DNA of 45,813 nucleotides from an uncultured Clostridia bacterium (lineage in GTDB: Bacteria; Bacillota; Clostridia; Acetivibrionales; CALMWN01): assembly GCA_937873555.1 (NCBI GenBank), contig CALMWN010000410.1, positions 1-45,813 of the forward strand. Direction: 5' to 3'. Positions 1-10,265 of the stretch are shown piece after piece; position 1 is the first letter of the stretch, and each line of letters begins with the position of its first letter. Under the pieces are notes generated by a model. That model searched no databases. It saw only the letters and a program-made list of their open reading frames with translations, and was not told where the DNA came from. Both the position numbers and the translations under genes were made by a program.

Positions 1-244
1 ACTAATTGACAAGTTTTTAATCTACGGGATAAAGACATATAGGTTTATGTCTCATATATGGATTCATGCTTCTGAAAAGTAATTATCGTCAAATAATCGT
101 AACTTAGTAGTACTTCGTTAAGTACGCAGAGGATGGTAAATCCTATCCCTCTGCTGTGGCTAAATAAGCCACAAGATATACATAGCATATAGTTTTTGAA
201 CAATCTTCTTTCTTACAGAGGAAATACTACTCATCACATATTGC

Positions 245-733
245 TTAAAGGGAAAAAAAGTTCCCAGCATTGAAAGTAGGTGATTTTACTACAGAACTAT
301 TCTCTACAACTTCATACTGATGATTTCCTGAATAGTGGCGTGCAACCTCGACAGAGTGCTTAACGTCTTTGGGGAAACCTGTATCATCAAATATGATAAC
401 ACCATCACCTTTGATAGCATTTTCCGCCATGTACTTTACTCTCTCTTTGTTTAGTTCTTCATGGTTCCACTTGCTGTCAGTAATGAATTGTTGCAGTGCT
501 TGCATGGATGTACCTTCTATAAATTCAGACATCATTCCACAGTTTTTATAAGGTATATCAGTTAATAGTCCTGTAGTATAACGTTCTGCCGACCTCATGG
601 TATCAGAACGCTTGAATATATTTTTAAAATTATTCAAAAACCTTTGTAGCTTTAGCATTGGATATGGCGGAACTTTCTTTAATATTATGTCCATTGTTAT
701 TTGACCCCCTGTACCTATGATACAGGTATTCAA
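245..733 (-). pseudogene. IS701-like DDE transposase, N-terminal fragment only
   Basis: 162-aa ORF with the GVIIFDDTGFPK...ARHYSG pattern typical of the first catalytic Asp region of IS701-type transposases. It stops far short of a full-length enzyme. Confidence 0.5.
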
Positions 734-1174
734 GCCAAAGTTACATGGAAATACAAGCTAACGAAATACTATAGTATTGCTATGTTAAGTATATAGAGGC
801 AGGAAAGGAATCCTCCTCTGTCTGGGTTGTGAAACTCACAAAATATAAAAAGCATTGAGTTTATCGAGTATGCGTTTCCTTTTTTACATTGGTCTGAGGC
901 TTATTGGCATTGGAATTGCAAGGTGGGGTCTTTGGTAAATCAATATTGTAGTATTAATATGGGCAAGACTAACAAACTAGCATATAACGTGTTTTATAAG
1001 TATGTCTATAAAAACGGCATAGTTCAATACTTTTCCGATTATTATATAAGAAAATATACGGATAGATGGGGGATAAGGTCAAACTACTTATATACTTAAT
1101 GTACAAATCGGATGTTATATCAAACAAAATTTACAGCCTTTTATGGTAATGCAATAGGTATAAGATGTTGTCCT

Positions 1175-1203
1175 TTGACATAGTAGAAGAGCTAAGTTAT
1201 GAT
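1175..1203 (+). promoter_or_regulatory. candidate sigma-A promoter for the sugar operon
   Basis: TTGACA (1175-1180), 17-nt spacer, TATGAT (1198-1203), about 105 nt upstream of the first gene. Confidence 0.35.
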
Positions 1204-1308
1204 TTTTACTTTGTTCTTTCTCGAAAGCCAATATTACAGAAGCATATTGTGACTACAAAAGATATAATGCCATTATTAGCTGAACTTTAAAATATGTAGG
1301 AGACAAAG

Positions 1309-2631
1309 GTGATGAATGAAAGAAAAATGCTTAATAGTAATATGGAGGAATATGAAAAAATTTCCGTTATTGGACTTGGCTATGTTGGGCTCCCATTAGC
1401 AGTTGCATTTTCAGAAAAAGTAGAAGTAATTGGTTTCGATATAAATAAAGAAAAAATTGATGCATTTAAAAATGGGCATGACATAACTAAACAAGTTGGT
1501 GACCAAAAACTGGCTAAATCGAGTGTTTTTTTTACAACCGACCCTAGTGAACTCAGGAAGGCTAAATTTCATATTGTAGCGGTTCCGACGCCTATAACTA
1601 AAAATTATACTCCAGATTTGAAGCCCCTTAAATATGCAAGTAAAATAATAGGACAGAATTTAACAAAAGGGTCTATCGTCGTATATGAATCAACAGTTTA
1701 CCCTGGAGTAACTGAAGGAATTTGTGTCCCAATACTACAGGATGAATCAGGATTAAAATGTGGTGTAGACTTTAAGATTGGGTATTCTCCTGAACGTATA
1801 AATCCAGGAGATAAATTGCATACAGTTGATAAAATAAGAAAAATTGTTTCAGGTATCGATAAAGAGTCGCAAGAAATTATTGCAAATGTATACAGGCTAA
1901 TTGTGACAGCCGGAGTGTTTACAACATCATCTATTAAAGTTGCAGAGGTAGCCAAAATAATTGAAAATTGTCAAAGAGATTTGAATATTGCATTTATGAA
2001 TGAGCTATCTATTATTCTCCATAAGTTAGAAATTGATACTAATGAAGTGCTTGATGCAGCTTCCACAAAGTGGAATTTTTTGAGGTTCAGTCCAGGGCTT
2101 GTCGGGGGACACTGTATAAGTGTGGATCCATATTATTTGACATACCATATGCAGGAGATAGGTTATTATCCTCAGCTTATCCTTTCGGGTAGAAATATTA
2201 ATAATAATATGAGCAAATATATAGCCGAGAATACTGTCAAACAACTCATTAAAGCAGGACACCAAATAAATAGTTCGAAGGTATTAATTATGGGTGTAAC
2301 GTTTAAAGAGAATGTCCCAGATATTAGAAATTCAAAGGTAATAGATATTGTGAAAGAACTTTTAGATTATGGAATTGAAACATATGTTACAGATCCTATA
2401 GCGGATCCATATGAAGTAAAGGATGAATATCAATTAGAATTAGTAGACATAAGGGATGTAAGAAATGTTAACGCAGTTATTCTTGCGGTACCACATAATG
2501 AATACAAGCAAATCAGTTTAAATAATTTAAAAGAAATATTTGTGGATGGAGAGCCTGTATTAATTGATGTGAAAGGCATTATGAGCAAAGATGAAGCAAA
2601 AACATTGAATTACACCTATTGGAGGTTATAG
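1309..2631 (+). CDS. nucleotide-sugar 6-dehydrogenase, UDP-GlcNAc/UDP-ManNAc dehydrogenase class (TviB/WbpO/CapL-like)
   Basis: N-terminal Rossmann motif ISVIGLGYVGLPLAVAF. Length (440 aa) and overall pattern match the UDP-glucose/GDP-mannose dehydrogenase family. AGGAG lies 10 nt upstream of the GTG/ATG start. Confidence 0.85.
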   Translation: MMNERKMLNSNMEEYEKISVIGLGYVGLPLAVAFSEKVEVIGFDINKEKIDAFKNGHDITKQVGDQKLAKSSVFFTTDPSELRKAKFHIVAVPTPITKNYTPDLKPLKYASKIIGQNLTKGSIVVYESTVYPGVTEGICVPILQDESGLKCGVDFKIGYSPERINPGDKLHTVDKIRKIVSGIDKESQEIIANVYRLIVTAGVFTTSSIKVAEVAKIIENCQRDLNIAFMNELSIILHKLEIDTNEVLDAASTKWNFLRFSPGLVGGHCISVDPYYLTYHMQEIGYYPQLILSGRNINNNMSKYIAENTVKQLIKAGHQINSSKVLIMGVTFKENVPDIRNSKVIDIVKELLDYGIETYVTDPIADPYEVKDEYQLELVDIRDVRNVNAVILAVPHNEYKQISLNNLKEIFVDGEPVLIDVKGIMSKDEAKTLNYTYWRL

Positions 2632-2632
2632 G

Positions 2633-3613
2633 ATGAATTTTAATGATTTTAATCTTTTAAAGAATAAAAGATTTTTAGTAACGGGTGGAGCTGGATTTAT
2701 TGGATCTAATATTGTAGATGTGCTTATAAAAATGGGCAATATAGTAAGAGTTCTTGATAACTTTTCTACGGGTAAATGGGAAAACATTTATGCTCATCTA
2801 AATAACAATTTGTTTGAGCTTATTGTAGGTGATATTAGAGATATAGAAACATGTAGAAAGGCATGTGAGGGAATAGATTATGTACTTCATCAAGCTGCTT
2901 TAGGAGGGGTTACGCGTTCTATATTATATCCAAAGGAAACAAATGATGTTAATATTACGGGCACAATAAATATGTTCGTTGCTGCAAGAGATCAGGGAAT
3001 AAAAAGATTTGTTTATGCATCATCGTCATCGGTATATGGAGATGAAAAGAATCTAATTAAGGAGGAGAAAAAAACAGGGAAACCGCTATCGCCTTATGCG
3101 GTTTCAAAAAGAGCAAATGAACTATATGCAAAAAATTTTTATGACCTCTATAAGCTTCAGTGTATAGGACTTAGATATTTTAATGTGTTTGGAAAAAGAC
3201 AAAATCCTAATTCTATATATGCTGCTGTAATTCCTACCTTTATAAAAAAGTTAATAGACAATGAATCCCCGATAATAGATGGTGATGGTATGCAGTCAAG
3301 AGACTTTACTTATATTGAGAACGTTATTGAAGCAAATTTAAAGGCTTGCGTTTCAGGAGTTGAATCTTATGGTGAAGTATTTAACATTGCATACGGAGAA
3401 AGAACAAGTATTATTGATTTGTTTAAAAAATTATGTGAGTTAATAGGTAAAGATATTAAACCTACTTTTGGCCCTAGGCGTATTGGGGATATAATGCATA
3501 CAAATGCAGATATTAGTCTTGCTAGAAGGGTACTAGGTTACAATCCCAAATATGATATCAATAAGGGGCTGGAATTAACGACGCAATGGTATAAACATTA
3601 TATTTTGTATTAA
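2633..3613 (+). CDS. NAD-dependent nucleotide-sugar 4-epimerase (TviC/WbpP/CapI-like SDR)
   Basis: Motifs VTGGAGFIGSN, SSSSVYG and YAVSK (extended SDR YxxxK). The start is 2 nt after the upstream stop, with GGAGG upstream. Confidence 0.85.
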   Translation: MNFNDFNLLKNKRFLVTGGAGFIGSNIVDVLIKMGNIVRVLDNFSTGKWENIYAHLNNNLFELIVGDIRDIETCRKACEGIDYVLHQAALGGVTRSILYPKETNDVNITGTINMFVAARDQGIKRFVYASSSSVYGDEKNLIKEEKKTGKPLSPYAVSKRANELYAKNFYDLYKLQCIGLRYFNVFGKRQNPNSIYAAVIPTFIKKLIDNESPIIDGDGMQSRDFTYIENVIEANLKACVSGVESYGEVFNIAYGERTSIIDLFKKLCELIGKDIKPTFGPRRIGDIMHTNADISLARRVLGYNPKYDINKGLELTTQWYKHYILY

Positions 3614-3892
3614 TGAAACTAATCAGTATTCTCAATTCACCAAGGAAATTTGATATAAGAAATTATAATCAGAAGAACAGTAATGGTGTAAGTTGAGAAC
3701 ATTACAGTGCGGGAAAATAGTTGATAGCTTTAATGACAATTGCACCAAGAGAAAGTAATAACAATTTAATTCCCTATTTCTTATTAACATAGATTTATAA
3801 TTGAGGAAGTTATTTTGCAAACATAAGTCATACTTCATTATTAAAAGTGCTTAACTGCATATACTTAGAATGATTTGATAAGGGAGGCTTCT

Positions 3893-4993
3893 ATGAAAAT
3901 TTCAAATGAAACAGCATCATTTTTTAGTAACTATGTCTTGGATTATTACTCTAATAGGAAATTTAATGAAATTGGAAAAGAACCTAATGCCGTGGTTATC
4001 AAGCCTACTTTAAAATGTGTAGCCAATTGTAAACATTGCGAGGGACGATTAAAAGATTTTGAGTCTAAAAACCTTCTGGAGATTAATGAATATATTAGTT
4101 TTTTTAAAGATTTAGTTGACCTTGGATGTAAATATTTATGCATAAGCGGTGGTGAACCATTAATATATAAAGATCTATTAAAACTAGTGGATGTTGCTAC
4201 ACAATTGGGATTAATAGTTTCTATAAATACTAATGGCTGGCTATTAGATAATGAGAAACTTAATTCATTATTAAAAAATGGCGTATTACAAGTTAATCTT
4301 TCTTTAGATTCACCTGACTCAGATATGCATGATTCTCTACGTGGATTATGTGGTTTGTTTAATAAAGTAACAAATTTGTTTTATACGTATAATCAGAAAA
4401 GGGAATATGATTATATTTTAAATATTAGAATGATATTATCAAAATATAGTTATAGAAAGTTACCAGAAATGATTGATTTAGCAATATATTTAAATGCAGA
4501 CATACTTAGTATTGATATGATTGAAAACGATTATAATTGCAAAGAATTTCTGCTAAATGAAGAGGATATATATACTTTTAACAAAGTTGAAAAAGGACGA
4601 ATCTTTAGAAAAATTGAAACAATCCTTAATGATAATAAGTTAAGAAAGGCCGCGCTAGAACAGATTCAGTGTATTTATGATACTAACTTTAACTCAGAAT
4701 CTAATTATGCAAATGGTATATATTGGCCAGATGAAAACATAAAAAATAAATGCACTATACCCTTATCCTTTATGATTTTAGAAGGTGATGGTTCAATTTT
4801 ACCTTGTAATAATGTTGAATATACCAGAAGACCTATAGTTGGCAACCTTAAGCAACAATCTATAAAGCAAATCTGGAACAATGAAAATTGGAATATTTTT
4901 AGAAAGGATAAGGATATATATTGTAGATTTTGCCCTATGAATATGAGTCATTCTATTATCTTAAGAAATAAGAGAGTATATAGGGATATATAA
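3893..4993 (+). CDS. radical SAM enzyme with partial SPASM/twitch-like C-terminus
   Basis: CVANCKHC (CX3CX2C), GGEPL, C-x13-G-x4-C then CRFC near the C-terminus. Start moved to the ATG at 3893 behind AGGGAGG; the ORF track starts at 3875. Confidence 0.8.
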   Translation: MKISNETASFFSNYVLDYYSNRKFNEIGKEPNAVVIKPTLKCVANCKHCEGRLKDFESKNLLEINEYISFFKDLVDLGCKYLCISGGEPLIYKDLLKLVDVATQLGLIVSINTNGWLLDNEKLNSLLKNGVLQVNLSLDSPDSDMHDSLRGLCGLFNKVTNLFYTYNQKREYDYILNIRMILSKYSYRKLPEMIDLAIYLNADILSIDMIENDYNCKEFLLNEEDIYTFNKVEKGRIFRKIETILNDNKLRKAALEQIQCIYDTNFNSESNYANGIYWPDENIKNKCTIPLSFMILEGDGSILPCNNVEYTRRPIVGNLKQQSIKQIWNNENWNIFRKDKDIYCRFCPMNMSHSIILRNKRVYRDI

Positions 4994-5102
4994 TAAGTTG
5001 AAATTTACGGTGAAATATTTACTAGTCATTCAAATTATTGAGATATAAACACATGTTAAATTTTTTCTCGGATTTTTCAGAATAAGGTATGGAGGTAATT
5101 TG

Positions 5103-6209
5103 ATGAATGTATTAATAGGTGTATGTGGAATAGGATTTGGCCATACAACTAGACAAATTGAGGTAGCAAAGGAACTAGTAAAAAGGAACCATCGGGTTAA
5201 GATTTTTACCTTCTCTGATGCTAGAGAACATTTTGTTAAGGAAGGATTTGATGTTTCCGAAGTATGGGTGCCATGGATCTCATTTAAGGGTGATAAATTA
5301 AATTACCGTGATTTAATATTAAAAAATTATAATAGTTTATTTAAAGGGTTATTTTTATACAAAAGAAATTTGCAAAACTTAATAAAAGATAACTTTATAC
5401 CAGATATATGCATTTCAGATTACGAACCAAATGTAGCAAAAATCGCTTACAAATTTAAAAAGCCTTTAATAAATATAGATCAACAAAGTAAATTTTGGCT
5501 ACTTGACTATCCTGAGATAAATGGTTTTTCATCTATTGAGGAGAAAAAACGATTAAACCTTTTTTTCCCCAGATATGATCAAAAAATAATCTCATCATTT
5601 TATAAACTTCCTGATATAAAAATGGAGAATATTACTGTAATTGGGCCAATTATCCGTGGAGATTTAAAGGAGTTAGCCCTTAAAAATGAATTCAAAGAAA
5701 TAGACCAGGTTGTAATTTACTTATCACAATACGGGGCATTTTCCATATCTGACAATTTCGGAGGACTCGTAAAAATTCTTGAAAAGTTTAAAGAAATCAA
5801 TTTTGTAATATATTCTAATTCATTTCACTTAAGTGGAAAATTAGGTGATAATATAATAATAAAGAGAGTAGATCGAAAAGAGTTTATAAAAGATATTTCT
5901 ATGTCAAGAGGAGTAATATCAACTGCGGGATACACACTGATAACAGAGTGTCTCTTTATGAATAAACCCATGTACTTAATCCCTTTACCGACATTTGATC
6001 AGCATTATTGTGCAAAGTTTATTTATGAAAATAGTTTTGGGTATTCCTCAAGTACTTTGGATTGCTCAGAAATTAGAGATTTTTTAGAGAAAATTGATCA
6101 TTACAAAAACAATATAATAATTGGGAAAGGAATTCACGGTAAATTATTTGATATGCCGAATGTTTTAGATAAAATTGTAGAGGTCATTGAGGGATGTAGT
6201 AATGGGTAA
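5103..6209 (+). CDS. glycosyltransferase (GT-B, MJ1255/TIGR00661-like)
   Basis: N-terminus VLIGVCGIGFGHTTRQIEVAKEL resembles the glycine-rich acceptor-domain start of this GT family. GGAGG lies 7 nt upstream of the ATG at 5103. Confidence 0.55.
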   Translation: MNVLIGVCGIGFGHTTRQIEVAKELVKRNHRVKIFTFSDAREHFVKEGFDVSEVWVPWISFKGDKLNYRDLILKNYNSLFKGLFLYKRNLQNLIKDNFIPDICISDYEPNVAKIAYKFKKPLINIDQQSKFWLLDYPEINGFSSIEEKKRLNLFFPRYDQKIISSFYKLPDIKMENITVIGPIIRGDLKELALKNEFKEIDQVVIYLSQYGAFSISDNFGGLVKILEKFKEINFVIYSNSFHLSGKLGDNIIIKRVDRKEFIKDISMSRGVISTAGYTLITECLFMNKPMYLIPLPTFDQHYCAKFIYENSFGYSSSTLDCSEIRDFLEKIDHYKNNIIIGKGIHGKLFDMPNVLDKIVEVIEGCSNG

Positions 6210-7098
6210 GCTTTATATTACAGCTGATGATTTTGGGATTGATTTAGACAGGGACATTGGAATTTGTGTTTTAGCAATTTTTAATGTCATTAATTCAATA
6301 AGTATTATTGTAACTAATGAAGGGAGCTATCAAAGGATTAGAAGACTTATTTCTATTATTAGGAAATGTAATCCTAATATAGAGCTGGGATTACATATAA
6401 ATTTAACTGATCCTCAATTAAGTCTATTTAATTTAACCGAGATATGTAGGAAAGAAAATCATTTATCAGTTTCAAATAGTAAAATATTATTTTATGAAAA
6501 TTCAATTTTAAACAATATAGAATTTTATAAGGTCCGCTCAGAGATAGATAATCAATTAAGAATTTATACTAATATCATTGGCAGGCTTCCCAATCATGTA
6601 GATGGACATAATCACTGTCACATTACAAATGTAGCAATTTTTAGTTATCTTCATGATCTGTGCAGAAAATATAATATACATAGGATAAGAATCCCGAGGG
6701 AAAAATTAAATATAAAAGAATTTTTAAAATATAAAAAGGTATATGATATTGAACTGGATAAAGATTTACTATACTTAATTCGTACAATGAGGGAAAATGC
6801 GTTAAGTGATATATTGCTTTATGAAAGTCTATGCAAAAAGTTAACAAAAGAAAGCAGCTGTTTTTGTGCTTTGTGTAAAGAATATGAATTTTTTGGTACT
6901 ACATATGGACATATAAGAAAAATAAAATATCTTATTGAAAACATTCATACTAGCAGTGGAATACAAGAATTAATGATACACCCTGGTTTCTACTGGCCTC
7001 TTATAAAACATAACACACCTTTTTCAAACTTAGATAGGCAAAGGGAGTTATTTAATATTATTGTCGCAAAAATATATTGGAGATTAAATGTTCTTTAA
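6202..7098 (+). CDS. YdjC/ChbG/HpnK-family carbohydrate N-deacetylase
   Basis: N-terminal LYITADDFG motif and mid-protein DGHNHCH are characteristic of YdjC-like proteins. The start overlaps the stop of the upstream GT gene. Confidence 0.6.
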   Translation: MGKLYITADDFGIDLDRDIGICVLAIFNVINSISIIVTNEGSYQRIRRLISIIRKCNPNIELGLHINLTDPQLSLFNLTEICRKENHLSVSNSKILFYENSILNNIEFYKVRSEIDNQLRIYTNIIGRLPNHVDGHNHCHITNVAIFSYLHDLCRKYNIHRIRIPREKLNIKEFLKYKKVYDIELDKDLLYLIRTMRENALSDILLYESLCKKLTKESSCFCALCKEYEFFGTTYGHIRKIKYLIENIHTSSGIQELMIHPGFYWPLIKHNTPFSNLDRQRELFNIIVAKIYWRLNVL

Positions 7099-7162
7099 TA
7101 GTATAATATAGTTTTACATTTTATTGTATAAACAAAATTCATAATAAAACCATAGAAATGGA

Positions 7163-8536
7163 GTGTTAGAATTGGAATCTGTTGAAAGATTAATTATGGT
7201 TGATCCAATGAATGATTACAGTGAAGAAAGAAAAGAAGAATTTTTAGAATTTTTTAACCTTGATTCTAATTTTATCAAAGCAATTGATAGTAAATATTCT
7301 GTTGAATTAGATAAATATAAATTAGAATTCTTGCATAAATGCTATTTTAATAAAATGAAAAATAAAGATGACATATTTAACAGTTATTGTAATGCATCAG
7401 TGTATTATGCATTACGTCATTTATATGGTAGGCCAGAAAAGTTTAAGAGTGAGCAAAAACTAGTCGAATTTTTAAAAAATAATCTGAAAGAAGGCAGTGA
7501 TATACTAGATTACGGATGTGATGTAGGAGATTTTAGTATCCTGTTTTCACGGTTAGGCTATAATGTAACAGTATGTGATTTAGATACGGCGTTGCTTGAC
7601 TTTGCAGAGTTTAGGTTTATAAAGCGTAAACTCAAAATAAACATAAAGCGTATAAGTAGTAATCTAGAGATACCTGAGTTTAACAAAAAATTTGATTTTA
7701 TATTTTGTAGAAATGTTTTAGAACATACATTAAATCCGTTATCTATATTATACAATAACTATCGATACCTTTCGAAGAATGGATTGTTCTATACATCAAC
7801 CTTAAACCCACAACAAGATACATATGCGGGCGGTAGACATTTAAAAGGAGCACTTCAAGAAGCAAAGTCTATTGAGTACATTAATTTTTACAAAAATAAC
7901 CTAAAAGAAATAGATGACATTAGTGGACTATATCATAAAAAAAAGAAATTATTCGTTTTTGAAGGCATAATTGGATCTGGAAAGACAACATTAATTAATC
8001 AGTTACTAGGCAAAGTAGAAAGTTCATCTAAAATAAACATAAAATCTACGAAGATTTTTTCTAAAGATATGACAAACATAGATTTTGATTTTAGAAGAGG
8101 TAGATACTATACAATTTTTGATGAATTAAAATACATGTTATTTGATGACTCAATAGTTTCATATAATTTTATGGAAAGAAATTATTTGTCAACTTTGGCA
8201 CATACTTATGCAAAAGCTATATTAACAAATGATGATGAAGAGTATAGCGACATGATAAAGTGGTATAAACAAAATATTAATAGTACGGTATATATTCCAG
8301 ATGCTTATATTATTCTAGATATTCCGGTAAATTTAGTCACGGAGCGTCTTACCCAAAGAGGTCAGGCAAATGTATGCAATCCACTATGGAATAATAAAGA
8401 CTATTTAAATATTGTAAAAGACTTCTATTCAAAATTTACTAATGAAAATGAAGTAGATTCAAAAGTATACATAGTTGATGGAACTCAAAAGCAAGATGAA
8501 GTTTTAAAAACAGTAATAAAAATAATTAATGAGTAG
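7163..8536 (+). CDS. fusion protein: class I SAM-dependent methyltransferase + deoxynucleoside-kinase-like P-loop kinase
   Basis: The N-terminal half has ILDYGCDVGDF...VTVCDLD...FCRNVLEH (MTase motifs I, II and post-II). The C-terminal half has FVFEGIIGSGKTTL (P-loop), ERNYLS and DAYIILDIP...ERLTQRG (dNK/NMP-kinase pattern). Start codon uncertain (7163 GTG or 7196 ATG). Confidence 0.7.
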   Translation: MLELESVERLIMVDPMNDYSEERKEEFLEFFNLDSNFIKAIDSKYSVELDKYKLEFLHKCYFNKMKNKDDIFNSYCNASVYYALRHLYGRPEKFKSEQKLVEFLKNNLKEGSDILDYGCDVGDFSILFSRLGYNVTVCDLDTALLDFAEFRFIKRKLKINIKRISSNLEIPEFNKKFDFIFCRNVLEHTLNPLSILYNNYRYLSKNGLFYTSTLNPQQDTYAGGRHLKGALQEAKSIEYINFYKNNLKEIDDISGLYHKKKKLFVFEGIIGSGKTTLINQLLGKVESSSKINIKSTKIFSKDMTNIDFDFRRGRYYTIFDELKYMLFDDSIVSYNFMERNYLSTLAHTYAKAILTNDDEEYSDMIKWYKQNINSTVYIPDAYIILDIPVNLVTERLTQRGQANVCNPLWNNKDYLNIVKDFYSKFTNENEVDSKVYIVDGTQKQDEVLKTVIKIINE

Positions 8537-8601
8537 TGTTGGTCTATTTATATTTATGATAATTTTATACTCCCTTAGCCCCGTGTCTACTAAAGAGTAA
8601 G

Positions 8602-8841
8602 GGAAGAAAATTTACACTGGAACAAAAGGCTCAGATATTGCTTGAACTTCTGAAAGAATACAAGATAATATCTGGGCTCGCCGCTGAGTACGAAATGTTC
8701 CCTAACCAGCTCCAACGCTGGAAGTCGGAAGCTACCCAAAAAATGCATCTCATTTTCATAAAGGACAGCGACGAAGCCGAAAAGCTACAAAAGAAGCACG
8801 AATCCGAGGCTGAGGACTTAACAAAGCAGATAAACAATTAG
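8602..8841 (+). pseudogene. IS3-family OrfA (HTH transposase) remnant lacking its start
   Basis: RKFTLEQKAQILLELL...EYEMFPNQLQRWKSE matches the IS3/IS911 OrfA pattern. There is no start codon at the proper N-terminus and no OrfB follows. Confidence 0.6.
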
Positions 8842-9238
8842 ATGCCTATTTAGGGGGAGAAGAGAGAAAGATTTTGGAGTTTCCGAAGAATCAAAATTGT
8901 ACAGAAAACGTTAGTTGCAGACATTTTAGTATGATTAGCAATATCAAAGAGATATAGCATAATCAAAATAAGTTATTATTTTGAAACTAACAAGTATAGA
9001 TAAGTATAGAAAACTATTTTGAAAAAGTTTCAAAGAATTAATTCTGATGCTTAATATTCTGTATAATGAGTAATTTTTGAACCACCTAGTATTCATCTAT
9101 GTGTATAGGTGTTAAATGTTCATAGCTCATAAAATCTTAGGATAACTAAACGATTTTTTTCTCTGTGAAGAATATAATTTAAATATATTTTACATAATGT
9201 AAAGACACTATAAAAATTAAAGCTTAGAGGTGAAATTA

Positions 9239-10231
9239 ATGCAAAATACAACATTTCTTGTTACAAACAAATGCAATTTGTTCTGTTATCATTGTTTTTC
9301 AAATTCTGGACAAGTAATTGAAAATGAATTATCTTTTGGTGATAAACTGAAAGCAGTAGATGTACTAAAACAACTGGGGACAAAAAGATTAGTGTTTAGT
9401 GGTGGGGAACCTTTGCTTTATGAAAATATATTCAGCCTGATTTCGTATGCAAAATCTAAGGAACTAAAGGTTTCATTGTTAACTAATGCAACAAAGCTTG
9501 ATTACAACAAAATAATAAAGCTTAAGGGACTAGGGATTTCAAGTTTAGCTATAAGTATTTATTCTAGAGATATTTTAAGATATGATGAAAATAACTATTT
9601 GAAATATCTTGTTACAGTTAAAAGCGCTACCAGACTTCTAACTGATGAAAAAGTAAAGTTTAAAATAACTATCCCAGTTACATCGAGAAATTCCGAATTT
9701 GTGATAAATATTATAAAAGAATTTCAAACATTAAATATTACTCCTAAAAAAATAAGATTATTTATTGTTACTCCTGTTGGGAAATGTTGCGAAAATTTAG
9801 AATTAAGTCCGTCCCATTCGATCTGGTTAAATACAATAGCAAAAGTTAAAAGTCAGTGTAAAGAAACTGGTTATGATATATACTACGAAGAAAATTATAC
9901 ATCAAATACTGATATTTATTGTGGATGTCAAATTAAAGAATATTCTTATGCTCATGATAACGATTTTGCAGACCCGCATGTAGATGCAAATGGAGATATA
10001 TATTTATGCGGGTTACTACTTAGAAATAAAAAATATCTTATTGGAAATATAAACGAATGTAACATTATGGAGATTAAAAAAAACATTCACTATCAAGCAG
10101 AATGTGTTAAAAGAGTGGAATCAGGTAAAATTGATGGCGATTTTTGTATGGCATTAAATAGAGAAGTTCCAAATAAAAAATATAAGACAAAATTAGTATG
10201 TCCAATTGTTTACAATTCTAATAGTTTGTAA
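9239..10231 (+). CDS. radical SAM enzyme with SPASM/twitch-like Cys-rich C-terminus
   Basis: CNLFCYHC (CX3CX2C), SGGEPLLY, then CGC...GDIYLCG (G-x4-C) and further Cys residues. Start set at the ATG at 9239 behind AGAGG. Confidence 0.8.
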   Translation: MQNTTFLVTNKCNLFCYHCFSNSGQVIENELSFGDKLKAVDVLKQLGTKRLVFSGGEPLLYENIFSLISYAKSKELKVSLLTNATKLDYNKIIKLKGLGISSLAISIYSRDILRYDENNYLKYLVTVKSATRLLTDEKVKFKITIPVTSRNSEFVINIIKEFQTLNITPKKIRLFIVTPVGKCCENLELSPSHSIWLNTIAKVKSQCKETGYDIYYEENYTSNTDIYCGCQIKEYSYAHDNDFADPHVDANGDIYLCGLLLRNKKYLIGNINECNIMEIKKNIHYQAECVKRVESGKIDGDFCMALNREVPNKKYKTKLVCPIVYNSNSL

Positions 10232-10265
10232 GAATTGGCTAGCTTTTATGTAATAGTCACGGAGA

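Noticed and set aside
1698-2265. Minus-strand ORFs 1698..1955 and 2026..2265 (and similar short antisense ORFs inside 3946..4143, 6641..6847, 7558..7755, 26004..26949, 31353..31871)
   Set aside because: They are embedded antisense in well-supported genes and have no translation signals.
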